Source: Vulcanimicrobiota bacterium
GTDB lineage: Bacteria > Vulcanimicrobiota > Xenobia > Xenobiales > JADMJV01
DNA: 64,000 nucleotides
Direction of reading: 5' to 3'
Assembly (NCBI GenBank): GCA_050250895.1
Contig: JBFWNU010000001.1
Span: 936,008 to 1,000,007 of the forward strand
A program made the position numbers and the translations under genes. The first letter of the stretch is position 1. Every line of letters starts with the position of its first letter. Below are positions 48,432 through 58,635 of this stretch, in pieces. The notes beneath the pieces are model-generated. The model did not search any database. It was not told the DNA's origin and saw only the letters and a list, made by a program, of their open reading frames with translations.

Positions 48432-50480
48432 TTAAGGCCCGTAGATGGCGTTGTCGTAGTCGGACGGGTTGAAGGCCGGCACGAACGAGTTGTCAACCCG
48501 CGGGAAGCCCGGGTTGATGGTGGTGTTGGTGGCCAGGAAGGTAATGATTTGGGTGATGATCTGGGTGGTCGGACCGGCCGACGGGTCGAGGATCGCGCCG
48601 TGCGACGCGTTGGCGATCTGGAACAGAGCCGGACCCATGAAGCCGATGGGCACCTGGGGCACGCCAGCCACGGGGTTGATGGCGGCCACCTGGCTGAAGG
48701 CCGGGGTGACGGGAGCGGTGGCGAAGCTACGGGCCAGGTCTTCGGTGGACGAGTTCGGCACCACCTGATCCCCGATCACCTCTTGCAACAGGATACTGGC
48801 AGGCGTATTGCCGGCCAAGTCACCGGTGAGCACGTGAGGCGCGTAGTTGATCGGGTCGGCGTCGTCGAGGACGGTCTGAGCGATCAGCACGAACCGGAAG
48901 AAGTTCGGGGTGTTCTCGACAACCCCGGCTTGAGCCAGACCCGCAATGATTTGCGGCTTGAAGGTCGGCGAAGCCAGCACGGTTGCGGTCAAACGTCCGC
49001 CGGCGACGTTGAGCACGCCGCGAACCAGGTTGTTCTCGACCGCCATGGCCACGGTGCCAACGATGCCGCCCATCGAAGTGCCCACGAAGAACGGGCGAGC
49101 GTTGGGCACAGGAACGAACTCCGGACCGGCGGTGGCGTCGAGGTTGGTCTGGCCCGAAGCGATGGCCTGGGTCAAGTAGAACAGGTTCACCGCCGACTGG
49201 CGAATGTTGTCACGGGTCATACGCAGCACAGCCAGATTTAGGAAGGGGTTGGTGCCGGTGCCGTCGGGACCCATCGGGTCGGCCTTCAGGCTGCCGTGCA
49301 ACTCGAGGTCGATGGCGATGACCGCGAAGCCCTGACCGCAGTAGGCATTGGCCGTGGCGAAAATGTCGTTCTTGTTGCGGGTGATGCCGTGCTGGAAGAT
49401 GACCACCGGGAAGGGGCCAGCGCCAGCGGGCAGACAAGCAAAGAACGGGATCGGGCGGTCAGTGCCGGCCCCGATGGGGCTGGGCCAGGGACCGGTGATG
49501 GGGTTCGTGATATAGTTGCGGCCCGTCACGCTACCGGCGAAGATACGAGCGATAAAGTTGTGGGGGATCGCGGCCGACAGGCCAGGGGTGCCCATATAGA
49601 ACTGGTCAACCGTGATCGCGGCTCCGGTGCCGGCCACCGGCAAGGTGCCGTTGGCGTTGACGAGAGGGCGGTTGTCGGTGACGGCCTGGGCGCGGGCGGC
49701 CGGCAGGTCGACGAACAGCGGCTGGGTGGTGAAGGCAAATGCCAGCGGGATGTTGTCACGAGTAGTGCCCACCAGCTGCTCGGCCCCAGCCCAGACGGGT
49801 TGCAGGCCAGCGCGCAGGCCCTCGAGGGACTGAACCTGGGCTAGCGTCAAGGCGCCCGAGGCGACCTGGGCGGCCAGTTGCGCGTTGACGATGGTGTTGC
49901 CGTTCACCAGCGGAGTGGTGAGTTTGGTAAAGTTGGTGGTGTTGTTCGAGATAACCGGGCCGCCCGAGCTAGCACTGCGGACGCCGCTGGTGATGACCAC
50001 CAGGTGGCGGGTGGCCGGGTTCATCGGCACCACAGGGGTGGCGAACACGGTCGAGCCGGTGGCGGTGGTGATGACCTGATAGGTCATCGTCACTCTCTGG
50101 CCGGTGGTGGTGTTGAAGACCGGCAGCGTATCGTTGGTCACGCTAGCGGGAACCACCGGGCCGACGAAGGGGATGATCAGGCTACCGGCGGTGGAGAAGC
50201 CCTGCAGCGAGTTGATCGATGCGAAAGGCTCCGTCATGCCGGTCGGGTCGGCTGGCGTCGTGAAATTGTTGAAGCCGGTCTGCGGATTACGAGCGATGTC
50301 GTTCGGCAGAGGAATGACGCTGTTGGTCGGGTCAAACGCCGGGAAGGTCTGACTGACTGGGACCGGGTTGGGAAGAGTGGGGGCTGGGGCGGCGGTACCG
50401 GTCGATACCGTATCGCAACCCCATAGCGCTACTGCGAAGAGTAGAGCGCACAGGGATGTAACTGCTCGTCTAAAAGTCAT
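48432..50480 (-). CDS. Lipoprotein extracellular lipase (Pla-1/Cef-like alpha/beta hydrolase)
   Basis: Lipobox LWG^C; IPLPND, VVIFQHGIT, GTSMGG nucleophile, GDQVVPN, ASHG. Confidence 0.8.
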   Translation of the reverse strand: MTFRRAVTSLCALLFAVALWGCDTVSTGTAAPAPTLPNPVPVSQTFPAFDPTNSVIPLPNDIARNPQTGFNNFTTPADPTGMTEPFASINSLQGFSTAGSLIIPFVGPVVPASVTNDTLPVFNTTTGQRVTMTYQVITTATGSTVFATPVVPMNPATRHLVVITSGVRSASSGGPVISNNTTNFTKLTTPLVNGNTIVNAQLAAQVASGALTLAQVQSLEGLRAGLQPVWAGAEQLVGTTRDNIPLAFAFTTQPLFVDLPAARAQAVTDNRPLVNANGTLPVAGTGAAITVDQFYMGTPGLSAAIPHNFIARIFAGSVTGRNYITNPITGPWPSPIGAGTDRPIPFFACLPAGAGPFPVVIFQHGITRNKNDIFATANAYCGQGFAVIAIDLELHGSLKADPMGPDGTGTNPFLNLAVLRMTRDNIRQSAVNLFYLTQAIASGQTNLDATAGPEFVPVPNARPFFVGTSMGGIVGTVAMAVENNLVRGVLNVAGGRLTATVLASPTFKPQIIAGLAQAGVVENTPNFFRFVLIAQTVLDDADPINYAPHVLTGDLAGNTPASILLQEVIGDQVVPNSSTEDLARSFATAPVTPAFSQVAAINPVAGVPQVPIGFMGPALFQIANASHGAILDPSAGPTTQIITQIITFLATNTTINPGFPRVDNSFVPAFNPSDYDNAIYGP

Positions 50481-50630
50481 AGGATACTCCTGATTTGGTT
50501 CGCCGGGACGTTGGCTGATAGCCCCCCCCGGTTGGCTGAGGACGCCTCTTTTCACCCCTTTCGTTCAAATCCTGCCTGCCAAATAGATTCATGAAGGAAC
50601 CCTTTGCAGGTCTGGCCAAGCCCGGTTGCG

Positions 50631-52646
50631 ATGCCAATCCAGAACGCCCGACTACTGCCAGATTCCCAGACCCCTCCGGCCCATTCTCCGGCCGAGCAGA
50701 CCGAGACTGCTCACCTCATCCGAGGTCGGGCACTCATCTTCTGGGATCCGAAAGATCCGAATAAAAAACGCGACGCCATCGACACCGACCAGATCACGCC
50801 CGCGGCCGACTGCGTGTCAGAGAGCCTCGAAACCCTCGACCAGCGCTGGAAAGAAGGCGCCTTCCGCCATTTGATGCCTGACTTTCGGCAGCGCGTGCAT
50901 TCGGGACAAACCTTTCTTATCGCCGGCGACCGCTTCGGCATCGGCTCCTCTCGCGAGATGAGTCCGGCGGGACTCCAGGCCATCGCGGCCGAGGCTGGCC
51001 TCGAGATGGTCATCGTGGTGGGCGAGAACATGGGTGACATCTTTCGTCGCAACTCGCTCAATCTGGGCCTCAACGTCTGCCAGAGCCCCGAGGCCGTGGC
51101 CGACGCCCAGGATGGCGACGAGTTCACGTTCGAGACCGGCTCGCGCCGCCTGACCAACGTCACTCAGAAAAAGTCGTATGAAGTGGTGTCTCTGACCCGT
51201 CAGGAAGACTCCATTCGCAAGAACGGAGGGATCTTCGCCCTGGGCCGGCGCGAGTTCCCTTCCTCGGTAACCGACAAGCCTCAGGTTCGTTTTCCGGACC
51301 CCGACCAGGCGGCCCACATGACCACTACCGAACAGATCTTGTGGGCTCATCGGGTGGACAAAAGCGAAAAAATCGAGGTGGGCCGGACGGTGCGGTTGTA
51401 CGGCGACCTCTTTCCGGCTTCTGACGGCACCGCCCCCTTCTCGATCTACACCTTCAATCAGATTACCGGCGGCGACACCATCTATCCTCGCGGTTGCGCC
51501 ATTGCCAGCGACCACTTCGTTTTCACCGGCAAGCCCGCCGACGAAAGCCAGACCCAAATCTCGCGCCAGTTCGCCGAACGCTATCAGCTGGGCAAGCCCT
51601 ACTACGCCGATCCGGGCGACGGCATCTTCCACTTCTACTTTCCCGAGCAAGGCCTGATCGTGCCGGGAGGGTTCTATCCCGGAGCCGACTCGCACAGCCG
51701 CGCCTATGGCGCCTACGGCGCGGTCGGAGTCGGGGTGGGTAGCACGGCTCTGGGTTTTGGCTGGTCCACGGGCTATCTCTATTTCACCCCGGCCCGCTCG
51801 CGTCGAGTGGTCTTTCGCGGTCAGCTCCAGCCCTGGGTGGGGGGCAAGGATATCGTGCTCGAGCTGCTGCGCCGCTGGGGCAAACAGCAGAGCCAGGGAA
51901 TGAGTGTCGAATTCGTCGACGCCGACTTGCAACTGCCCATCACCTATCGCAACACCATCGCTAACATGATGGCCGAAGGCGAAGCTACCAACGGCATTTT
52001 CGCCCAGGACAGCGTCACCACCGCCTGGTTTGAAGAACGCGGCTTCAGGCTCCCCTATCCCGCTCTCTCGCCCGGGCCCGAGGCCGTCTATGAAATCGAC
52101 GAAGAAATGCGACTCGATGGCCTGCGCCCGATGATTGCCAAGCCGTTTGCTCCCGGCAACGCTTTTGACGCCGAAGAGGTGGCCCAGGAAAAGATCACCT
52201 TCGACAAAGCCTATATCGGCTCGTGCACCAACGGCAGCTACAACGACCTTCTCCAGGCCGCCCTGGTGATGCGAGCTGCCGCCAAAGCCGGCATCGACAA
52301 GGTCTCGAGCGATTTCGTCATTTTTCCCGGCAGCGGCCGGGTGAAGCAGCAAATCGAAGAATCCGACCCTCGCCTGGACGGAGAATCGATCGCCAACATC
52401 TTTCGCCAGGTGGGCGGTCAGATTCGTAGTTCCTGGTGTGGACCTTGTTTCGGCCAGGGCCCCGACGCCCTCGAGCCTGGGCAAAAGGCCATCACCACCT
52501 TCAACCGCAACTGGCAAAATCGCATGGGAGTGGGCGGCGAAGGCTATCTGGCCAGCCCCGTCGTGGTGGCCGCCTCGGCTCTGGCCGGCTATATGGCCCC
52601 ACCAACCGAACTGGGACTCGACTGGAATCCCGAACACGCCTTCTAA
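50631..52646 (+). CDS. Aconitase-family hydro-lyase, LeuD-like swivel domain fused N-terminal to LeuC-like domain; start uncertain
   Basis: IDTDQITP, FGIGSSRE; then DH, GADSH, IGSCTNG, CGPCFG, NRNWQNRMG, YLASP. Confidence 0.88.
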   Translation: MPIQNARLLPDSQTPPAHSPAEQTETAHLIRGRALIFWDPKDPNKKRDAIDTDQITPAADCVSESLETLDQRWKEGAFRHLMPDFRQRVHSGQTFLIAGDRFGIGSSREMSPAGLQAIAAEAGLEMVIVVGENMGDIFRRNSLNLGLNVCQSPEAVADAQDGDEFTFETGSRRLTNVTQKKSYEVVSLTRQEDSIRKNGGIFALGRREFPSSVTDKPQVRFPDPDQAAHMTTTEQILWAHRVDKSEKIEVGRTVRLYGDLFPASDGTAPFSIYTFNQITGGDTIYPRGCAIASDHFVFTGKPADESQTQISRQFAERYQLGKPYYADPGDGIFHFYFPEQGLIVPGGFYPGADSHSRAYGAYGAVGVGVGSTALGFGWSTGYLYFTPARSRRVVFRGQLQPWVGGKDIVLELLRRWGKQQSQGMSVEFVDADLQLPITYRNTIANMMAEGEATNGIFAQDSVTTAWFEERGFRLPYPALSPGPEAVYEIDEEMRLDGLRPMIAKPFAPGNAFDAEEVAQEKITFDKAYIGSCTNGSYNDLLQAALVMRAAAKAGIDKVSSDFVIFPGSGRVKQQIEESDPRLDGESIANIFRQVGGQIRSSWCGPCFGQGPDALEPGQKAITTFNRNWQNRMGVGGEGYLASPVVVAASALAGYMAPPTELGLDWNPEHAF

Positions 52647-52655
52647 GGAGACGAC

Positions 52656-54716
52656 ATGAAGCACATCTTGATCATCCTGGCCCTGTTGACCGGGCTAGCC
52701 ATCGCCGACGAGGGCATGTGGCTGTATACCGACCCTCCTCGCGAAATCCTCAAGCAGCGCTACGGCTTCGAGCCCAGTCAGGACTGGCTCGACCACCTCC
52801 AGCGGTCCTCCGTCCGCTTCAACAATGGCGGTTCGGGCTCGTTCGTGTCGGCCGATGGCCTGGTCATGACCAACCATCATGTGGCCGCCGACTCGATTCA
52901 CAAGCTCAGCCGCGAGGGCAAGAACTACATCCAGGACGGCTTCATGGCTAATTCTCGGGCCGAAGAACTCGAGACCCCCGATCTGGAACTCAACGTGCTG
53001 ATGAGCATCGAGGACGTGACCCAACAGGTCAAGGCTGCCCGCCAACCCGGTATGAGCGAGGCTGATGCTGCCAAGGCCCAGCGAGCGGTGATGAACACCC
53101 TCGAGAAGGAGTCCTTGGAGAAAACCGGCTTGCGCAGCGATGTCGTCACTCTGTTTCGGGGCGGCCAATACCATCTCTATCGCTATCAGCGATTCACCGA
53201 TGTCCGCCTGGTTTTCGCGCCTGAAATCGGAGCAGCGTTCTTCGGCGGAGACGCCGACAACTTCGAATATCCCCGCTACTGCCTGGATGTCTCGTTCTTT
53301 CGGGTCTACGACGAGAAGGGCCAGCCCTATCATCCCAAAGACCATCTGGCCTGGAACGAGGTCGGGGCCAAAGAGGGTGACCTGATCTTCGTGTCGGGCC
53401 ATCCCGGCTCGACCGAGCGGCTCAACACCGTGGAACACCTCGAGTTTCTGCGTGACCAGAGATTCCCGGTGGGACTCAACGTCATTCGGCGCCTCGAGGT
53501 ATTGCTGAAGACCTTCGGCGAACGCAGTCAAGAGAACAAGCGCCGGGCCCAGGACGAACTCTTCGGCTATCAAAATGCGCGCAAGGCTTATCTCGGCATG
53601 CTGGCCGGCCTGCAAGACCCCGCCCTGATGAAGACCAAGCAGGACCAGCAGCAGACCCTGCGCGGCAAGGTCGCGGCCGACCCCGACCTCAAGGCAAAGT
53701 TTGGCGACCCCTGGAAAGCCGTGGCCGACACGGTCATGATCGAGAGCAAGATCTATCACGACCATTATCTGCTCGAACGCGGCCGGGCCTTTGACAGCCA
53801 GCTGTTCACTCTGGCCCGCGAGTTCGTGCGCTGGGCTGACGAGCAGGATCGACCCAATGCCGACCGTCTGCGCGAGTACCGCGAGTCCAACCTGCCTTCG
53901 CTCAAGCAAGCCATGTTGAGCGAGGCCCCCATCTACGCCGACCTCGAGACCCGCAAACTGGCCGACTCGCTCAGCCTGATGGTGGAGTGGAACGGCTTCA
54001 ACTGGCCGCTGGGTCAGCAAATCCTGGCCGGCCAGTCGCCCCGCCAACGGGCTGCTCAACTGGTCAACCAGACCCGACTGGCCGACCCCGCCTTTCGCAA
54101 ATCGCTCTTCGAGGGCGGTCCCGCCGCCGTGAAGGCCTCGCGCGACCCGATGCTCGAGTTGGCCCGACTGGTCGACCCCAGGGCCCGCGAACTGCGCGAA
54201 ACCTATGACGCCAAAGTGGACACTCCTCGCAAAGAAGCCTACTCACACATCGCCCAGGCTCTCTATGCGGCCGGCAACACCAATCTCTATCCCGACGCAA
54301 CCTTCACTCTGCGCCTGGCCTTCGGCACCATCAAAGGCTACACCGAAGAGGGCCGCCAGGTGCCCGCCATGACTACCCTGGGGGGTCTCTACCAACGCGC
54401 CGCCGAGCAGGAGAACAAAGAGCCCTATCAGCTGCCCGAAAGCTGGGCAAAAGCCAAGTCAAAGCTCGACCTCAGCGTCCCCTATGACTTCGTCTGCACG
54501 GCCGACATCACCGGTGGTAACTCGGGCAGCCCCGTGGTCGACCGAGACGGCAAGGTCGTCGGTCTCATCTTCGATGGCAACATCCAGTCGCTGGTCATCG
54601 ACTTTCTCTACAATCAGGATCAGGCCCGGGCCGTAGCCGTGGACGCCCGAGCGATCATCGAGGCCCTGGATAAGGTCTATGACGCCAAGGCCCTGGTCGA
54701 GGAGATCAGACGGTAG
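52656..54716 (+). CDS. S46 family dipeptidyl peptidase
   Basis: Signal peptide then DEGMW; GSGSFVS..GLVMTNHH; DITGGNSGSPV. Confidence 0.95.
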   Translation: MKHILIILALLTGLAIADEGMWLYTDPPREILKQRYGFEPSQDWLDHLQRSSVRFNNGGSGSFVSADGLVMTNHHVAADSIHKLSREGKNYIQDGFMANSRAEELETPDLELNVLMSIEDVTQQVKAARQPGMSEADAAKAQRAVMNTLEKESLEKTGLRSDVVTLFRGGQYHLYRYQRFTDVRLVFAPEIGAAFFGGDADNFEYPRYCLDVSFFRVYDEKGQPYHPKDHLAWNEVGAKEGDLIFVSGHPGSTERLNTVEHLEFLRDQRFPVGLNVIRRLEVLLKTFGERSQENKRRAQDELFGYQNARKAYLGMLAGLQDPALMKTKQDQQQTLRGKVAADPDLKAKFGDPWKAVADTVMIESKIYHDHYLLERGRAFDSQLFTLAREFVRWADEQDRPNADRLREYRESNLPSLKQAMLSEAPIYADLETRKLADSLSLMVEWNGFNWPLGQQILAGQSPRQRAAQLVNQTRLADPAFRKSLFEGGPAAVKASRDPMLELARLVDPRARELRETYDAKVDTPRKEAYSHIAQALYAAGNTNLYPDATFTLRLAFGTIKGYTEEGRQVPAMTTLGGLYQRAAEQENKEPYQLPESWAKAKSKLDLSVPYDFVCTADITGGNSGSPVVDRDGKVVGLIFDGNIQSLVIDFLYNQDQARAVAVDARAIIEALDKVYDAKALVEEIRR

Positions 54717-54736
54717 CTGCGCCGCTGCGTGCCTCT

Positions 54737-55690
54737 CTATTCGGTGGGGTTGTTGCGGCCGTCGAGGGTCTTGTCGAAGAAGCGCAGCATGGTAGTCCAG
54801 GCTTTCTCGGTTTGGTTCTTCTCGGCGGCGTCGGCATCGTCGATATAGGGCGCGTACACGAGAAAGCCATGTAAGCAGTCGGGGTAGACCTCGACCTGGA
54901 CCGGCTTGCCGAGTTCGGTGAGCTTTCGACTCATGAAATAGGCCTGCTCGGCCGGAACGATGTCGTCCTTACGGCCCTGCAAAATCAGCACCGGGCAAGT
55001 GATGCGGTCGGCCACCGAGAGACCGTTGCGGATGGCAAAAGAGTCGGGGCGAGCGTCGGGGCCCCGCCCGTAGGTGCGATCGGTGATGGGATCGTTACCA
55101 AGCTTACCGGCGTCGCGCAAATAGTACCACCAGCGATAGATGTCCATCACCCCATAGGCCAAAACCAGGGCCTTGACCTGATTGGTGCGGGCGGCTGCCA
55201 GGGTGCAGATGAGAGCGCCGTGCGAGGTGCCCACCAGGGCTACCCGCTGGTCATCGACCTGGTCGAGGGCCGTGAGCAGCGGCAAGACCGCCAGCACGTC
55301 GTTGACCTCGCCTTTGGCGATCTCGATCATCCCTTCCGAACCGTCTTCACCGCGATACGAAGGCGAGAAGACGACATAGCCGGCGCGAGCCAGGCGAATG
55401 CTCGAGAGGCGATGCTCCTTCGAGATGCCGCTGATACCATCGTGACAGAACACCACCAGCGGGCGCTTGCCCGGATCGGGAGGAAGGTAAAGCTCGCCAC
55501 GCACGCGGAGCCCATCGCTGAGATAGGTCCATTGGCGAATCTCGACCCCCTGTTTTATGCCCATGGCCTGCTCGGCCACCAGATTGCCGGCCAGGGTTTT
55601 TCCGCTCAAGAGAAGGAGGGCCAAGCAGGTTGTAACTATATATTTTCGCAAGAGTCTCATACCGCGTCGTTTTCCGAAGCTAATTTGCAC
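54737..55690 (-). CDS. S9/prolyl oligopeptidase-type alpha/beta hydrolase (secreted)
   Basis: YLSDGLRVRG, YRGEDGSEG, GTSHG, QGRKDDIVP, HGF. Confidence 0.88.
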   Translation of the reverse strand: MQISFGKRRGMRLLRKYIVTTCLALLLLSGKTLAGNLVAEQAMGIKQGVEIRQWTYLSDGLRVRGELYLPPDPGKRPLVVFCHDGISGISKEHRLSSIRLARAGYVVFSPSYRGEDGSEGMIEIAKGEVNDVLAVLPLLTALDQVDDQRVALVGTSHGALICTLAAARTNQVKALVLAYGVMDIYRWWYYLRDAGKLGNDPITDRTYGRGPDARPDSFAIRNGLSVADRITCPVLILQGRKDDIVPAEQAYFMSRKLTELGKPVQVEVYPDCLHGFLVYAPYIDDADAAEKNQTEKAWTTMLRFFDKTLDGRNNPTE

Positions 55691-55743
55691 TCGCGAACGC
55701 GAGCCACCTGCTGTCAGACGCGATCTTCGAGAAGGAGTTTCCT

Positions 55744-56703
55744 ATGCGAACACGAGTTCTGACCATCCTCACCCTTCTGCTGGTGGCCTCGGCCTCGGCC
55801 GAGCAGGTGCGCGACCTGCGGGGCGACGAGGGAGTGCTGATGGACTTGCGTCCCACCGGGGTCGAATGGCTGACCAAGGATCGCCTGTTTGTGGTCGATC
55901 AGCGCTGGAACGCCATGCACATCTTCGACACCGAAGGGCGCCGCTTTCGCTTCATCGAGTTTCCGCGCATGATCGGACCGGCCTTCTACTCGGGCACGGC
56001 CCACTACAAGGCCAACGAATACTATGTGACCGGCTCTCACTATCATGAGAAGAACAATCAACGCTATCTGCAGCAACGAGCCGTCATTCACAAGGTCATC
56101 ATCAACGGCGAGGATTTGGGCGCGGGTTCGGTGGAAGAGAACTACTCTCCCGACATGGCCCTGCGCAAGACCCGTCTGTTCGGTTCGACCCCGGTCGAGC
56201 AGATGGAGATCTCGGGTATCGCCATGGACGAAAAGCACAATCGGCTTTTTCTCGGCCTGGCTCGACCCCTGACCGACAAAGGCACGATCCTGATGCTGAC
56301 CGGACCGCTCGACGAGTTTCTCGAGCGCAAGGAGAGCCTGGAGTTCGACCTGCTCGACACCGGCATCAAGCCTCCCACCGAGCCGGCCTGCGGGACCCAG
56401 TTCTACCTGTCCGATATAGAATATGTGCCTGACCGCGGAGTGGTCTGCCTATTGACCGCCGAAGCGAGCGGCGGCCATCGGTTCTGCTCGAACCAGATCT
56501 GGTTTCTCAAGGGGGGCTTTGGCCCTGGCAAGATGATCCGTCAGGAACTGGCCCCTCAGAACCGGGCCACCGGCATCGCCTTGATGAAGGTGGGTGACTT
56601 CGACTATAAGGTGGCCCTGGTCTGTGACAACAACCCCGAGGAAACCAAGATCCCCTCGCGCCTGATCATCCTCGACGAGCCGATCCGCCTGCAGTTGCGC
56701 TAG
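55744..56703 (+). CDS. Hypothetical secreted beta-propeller-like protein
   Basis: AAGGAG RBS; signal peptide ..ASASA; beta-rich blades (PTGVEW, ISGIAMD, LSDIEY, ATGIAL). Confidence 0.7.
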   Translation: MRTRVLTILTLLLVASASAEQVRDLRGDEGVLMDLRPTGVEWLTKDRLFVVDQRWNAMHIFDTEGRRFRFIEFPRMIGPAFYSGTAHYKANEYYVTGSHYHEKNNQRYLQQRAVIHKVIINGEDLGAGSVEENYSPDMALRKTRLFGSTPVEQMEISGIAMDEKHNRLFLGLARPLTDKGTILMLTGPLDEFLERKESLEFDLLDTGIKPPTEPACGTQFYLSDIEYVPDRGVVCLLTAEASGGHRFCSNQIWFLKGGFGPGKMIRQELAPQNRATGIALMKVGDFDYKVALVCDNNPEETKIPSRLIILDEPIRLQLR

Positions 56704-56708
56704 GGGAT

Positions 56709-57094
56709 TTCAGACGGTAGACGGTAGCTGAGGCCGAGGGAGCTTGAATTGGACCCGGCAGCGCTCGCTCGTCGTAGAAACCGCCGAGATCGCGAAGACG
56801 CGGAGGTCGGGAAACTGGACAGCGCCCGCTCAAGATCAACGAACGGAGAGGTTCAGATTTGGGGGGAGTAGGGCTCTCTAGCGATTCTTAATGGTTGACG
56901 CCGGTGCGGCTGGAACTGGAACGTCGTTCCACCGTGGTTTCCTGGGTAACCTCCTAGCACCGACCATCAAAGGGACCACCCCGCAGCGCCCACCGCGTAT
57001 CTCCGCGGTTTTTCCCCTTCGAGCGCCCACCCAAGAAACGAACTTCCCCCTCGGCGCCTCCGCGGCTCGGCGGTTTTCACCCACGAGCGCCCAC
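56709..57094. repeat. Second non-coding repeat mosaic related to 46901-47630
   Basis: TTCAGACGGTAGACGGTAG; inverted pair AAACCGCCGAG (56778)/CTCGGCGGTTT (about 57066-57076); GTATCTCCGCGGT; CGAGCGCCCAC x2. Confidence 0.65.
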
Positions 57095-57106
57095 GTCTCG
57101 AACGGC

Positions 57107-58210
57107 TTAAGCCCCGCCAGGGTGAGGGCGGAAGTACTCTCGACAGCTCTTCATGTAAGCCAGGAACTCGTCGCTCTGGGGGCGGATCGAGGCGGCTTTG
57201 AGAGTGGCCAGCGAACTCTCGAGCAAGGCGAACATCTCGGTGGTGAAGGTGTTGTAGTGCTGAATCTCGTGATAGAGAACGGGATTTTCCTCCGAGACCT
57301 CGGCGGTGGTCTTGACCAGCTTGGCAAAGGTGGTGCTGGCCACCTTGCCAAGAAACGCAAAGGGCAAGCCGAAGTGGCCGGCCGCGTGGGCAAACTGCAG
57401 GTTGACGGCGTGACTCATGCCCAGCACCACGGCCATGATCTTGTCGTGTTGCTCGAGTTCCACCTCGAAAAGACCCAGGGCGGTCTCGGCGAACAGGTCG
57501 AGAGCGGCGTCGGTGGCTTCGCGGCAGCCGGCGTCGCAAACGAGCACGGCCCGCCCGTGCAAAAGCACCGCACCGGGCGCGAACATGGGGTGCAGGCTGG
57601 TCACGCGATGCCCGTCCAGAGCGGCCCGGCGCAGGATTGGCGCCACCTGGCTCTTCAAGCTGCAAATATCGAAAATTAATGGCTTTCCGCCCGAACGCAG
57701 AACCTGCTCGAGCACCTGAGGAGTGACTTTGAGAGGAGTGGCCAGGACCACGACTTCTGAGTCAGGCACTCCCTCGGCCAGGCTGACCCTGGGCCAGGGT
57801 GACTCCTGGTCGGAAGAATCGCAGATGGTGACACTATGGCCCTGGGCTTCGAAAAAGCGACACAGCCAGACACCCATCCGGCCACTTCCACCCACCACCA
57901 GCACCTTTCTCGAGCCCACCGCCGGCAAGCCACGAGGGATCTCGGCCTGAGTCTGGACCGCGGCAGCCATCAGGTGTTCGAGAACCTGCTCGGCCACCTC
58001 TTCGTCAAAGCCAAGCTCGCGCGCGCTGGCGCGAGCTCTCGATAGCACTTCTACCTCGACCCGAAAGTCGCGAATGGGCAGCCCGGCGCGATGCTTGGCC
58101 TCTCCGATCTTGCGAGTGGTGGCCAGCCGCCGGCCCACCAGAGCCAGAATCTCGCGATCTAGCTGGGCAACCTCGCGGCGCAGGGGGGCTAACTCTTGCT
58201 CGACATCCAT
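57107..58210 (-). CDS. tyrA: Bifunctional chorismate mutase/prephenate dehydrogenase
   Basis: AroQ-type N-terminus (LRREVAQLDREIL); VGGSGRMG, DICSLK, HPMFAP, HDKIMA. Confidence 0.9.
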   Translation of the reverse strand: MDVEQELAPLRREVAQLDREILALVGRRLATTRKIGEAKHRAGLPIRDFRVEVEVLSRARASARELGFDEEVAEQVLEHLMAAAVQTQAEIPRGLPAVGSRKVLVVGGSGRMGVWLCRFFEAQGHSVTICDSSDQESPWPRVSLAEGVPDSEVVVLATPLKVTPQVLEQVLRSGGKPLIFDICSLKSQVAPILRRAALDGHRVTSLHPMFAPGAVLLHGRAVLVCDAGCREATDAALDLFAETALGLFEVELEQHDKIMAVVLGMSHAVNLQFAHAAGHFGLPFAFLGKVASTTFAKLVKTTAEVSEENPVLYHEIQHYNTFTTEMFALLESSLATLKAASIRPQSDEFLAYMKSCREYFRPHPGGA

Positions 58211-58263
58211 GGGCGGCGATTCCCCGACCAGGGGAAAGTCTCCTGGAACCGAAATCGGGAGCC

Positions 58264-58635
58264 ATGGCCGATCACCTCTATATCGAGGCGCTCGAAGTCG
58301 ATTGTATCATCGGGCTGGCCGAGTGGGAACGCCTGGTGCGTCAGACGGTCTGTCTCGACCTCGAACTCGAGGGTGACCTGCGCAGCTCGGCGCGTGTCGA
58401 TGCGGTGGTCGAAGGGGGCATCAACACCAAGGCGGTGGCCAAGCGACTGCTGGCTTTCGTGAGCCAAACCGAATTCCAACTGCTCGAGTCTCTGGCCGAG
58501 CGCGTCTGTGAGCTGATCCTGACGGAGTTTCCGGTGGACCGGGTAGGTTTGCGACTGTCGAAACCCGGGGCCATTCGCGGCGCCCGCAACGTGGGAGTGG
58601 CCATCAGCCGCTCGCGGAGCGACTATCCGCTATGA
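58264..58635 (+). CDS. folB: Dihydroneopterin aldolase
   Basis: IIGLAEWERLVRQ, LLESLAE, LSKPGA. Confidence 0.92.
   Translation: MADHLYIEALEVDCIIGLAEWERLVRQTVCLDLELEGDLRSSARVDAVVEGGINTKAVAKRLLAFVSQTEFQLLESLAERVCELILTEFPVDRVGLRLSKPGAIRGARNVGVAISRSRSDYPL

Noticed and set aside
54707-54716. CAGACGGTAG at the end of the S46 peptidase gene
   Set aside because: A single copy formed by the last codons and stop; cannot be distinguished from chance
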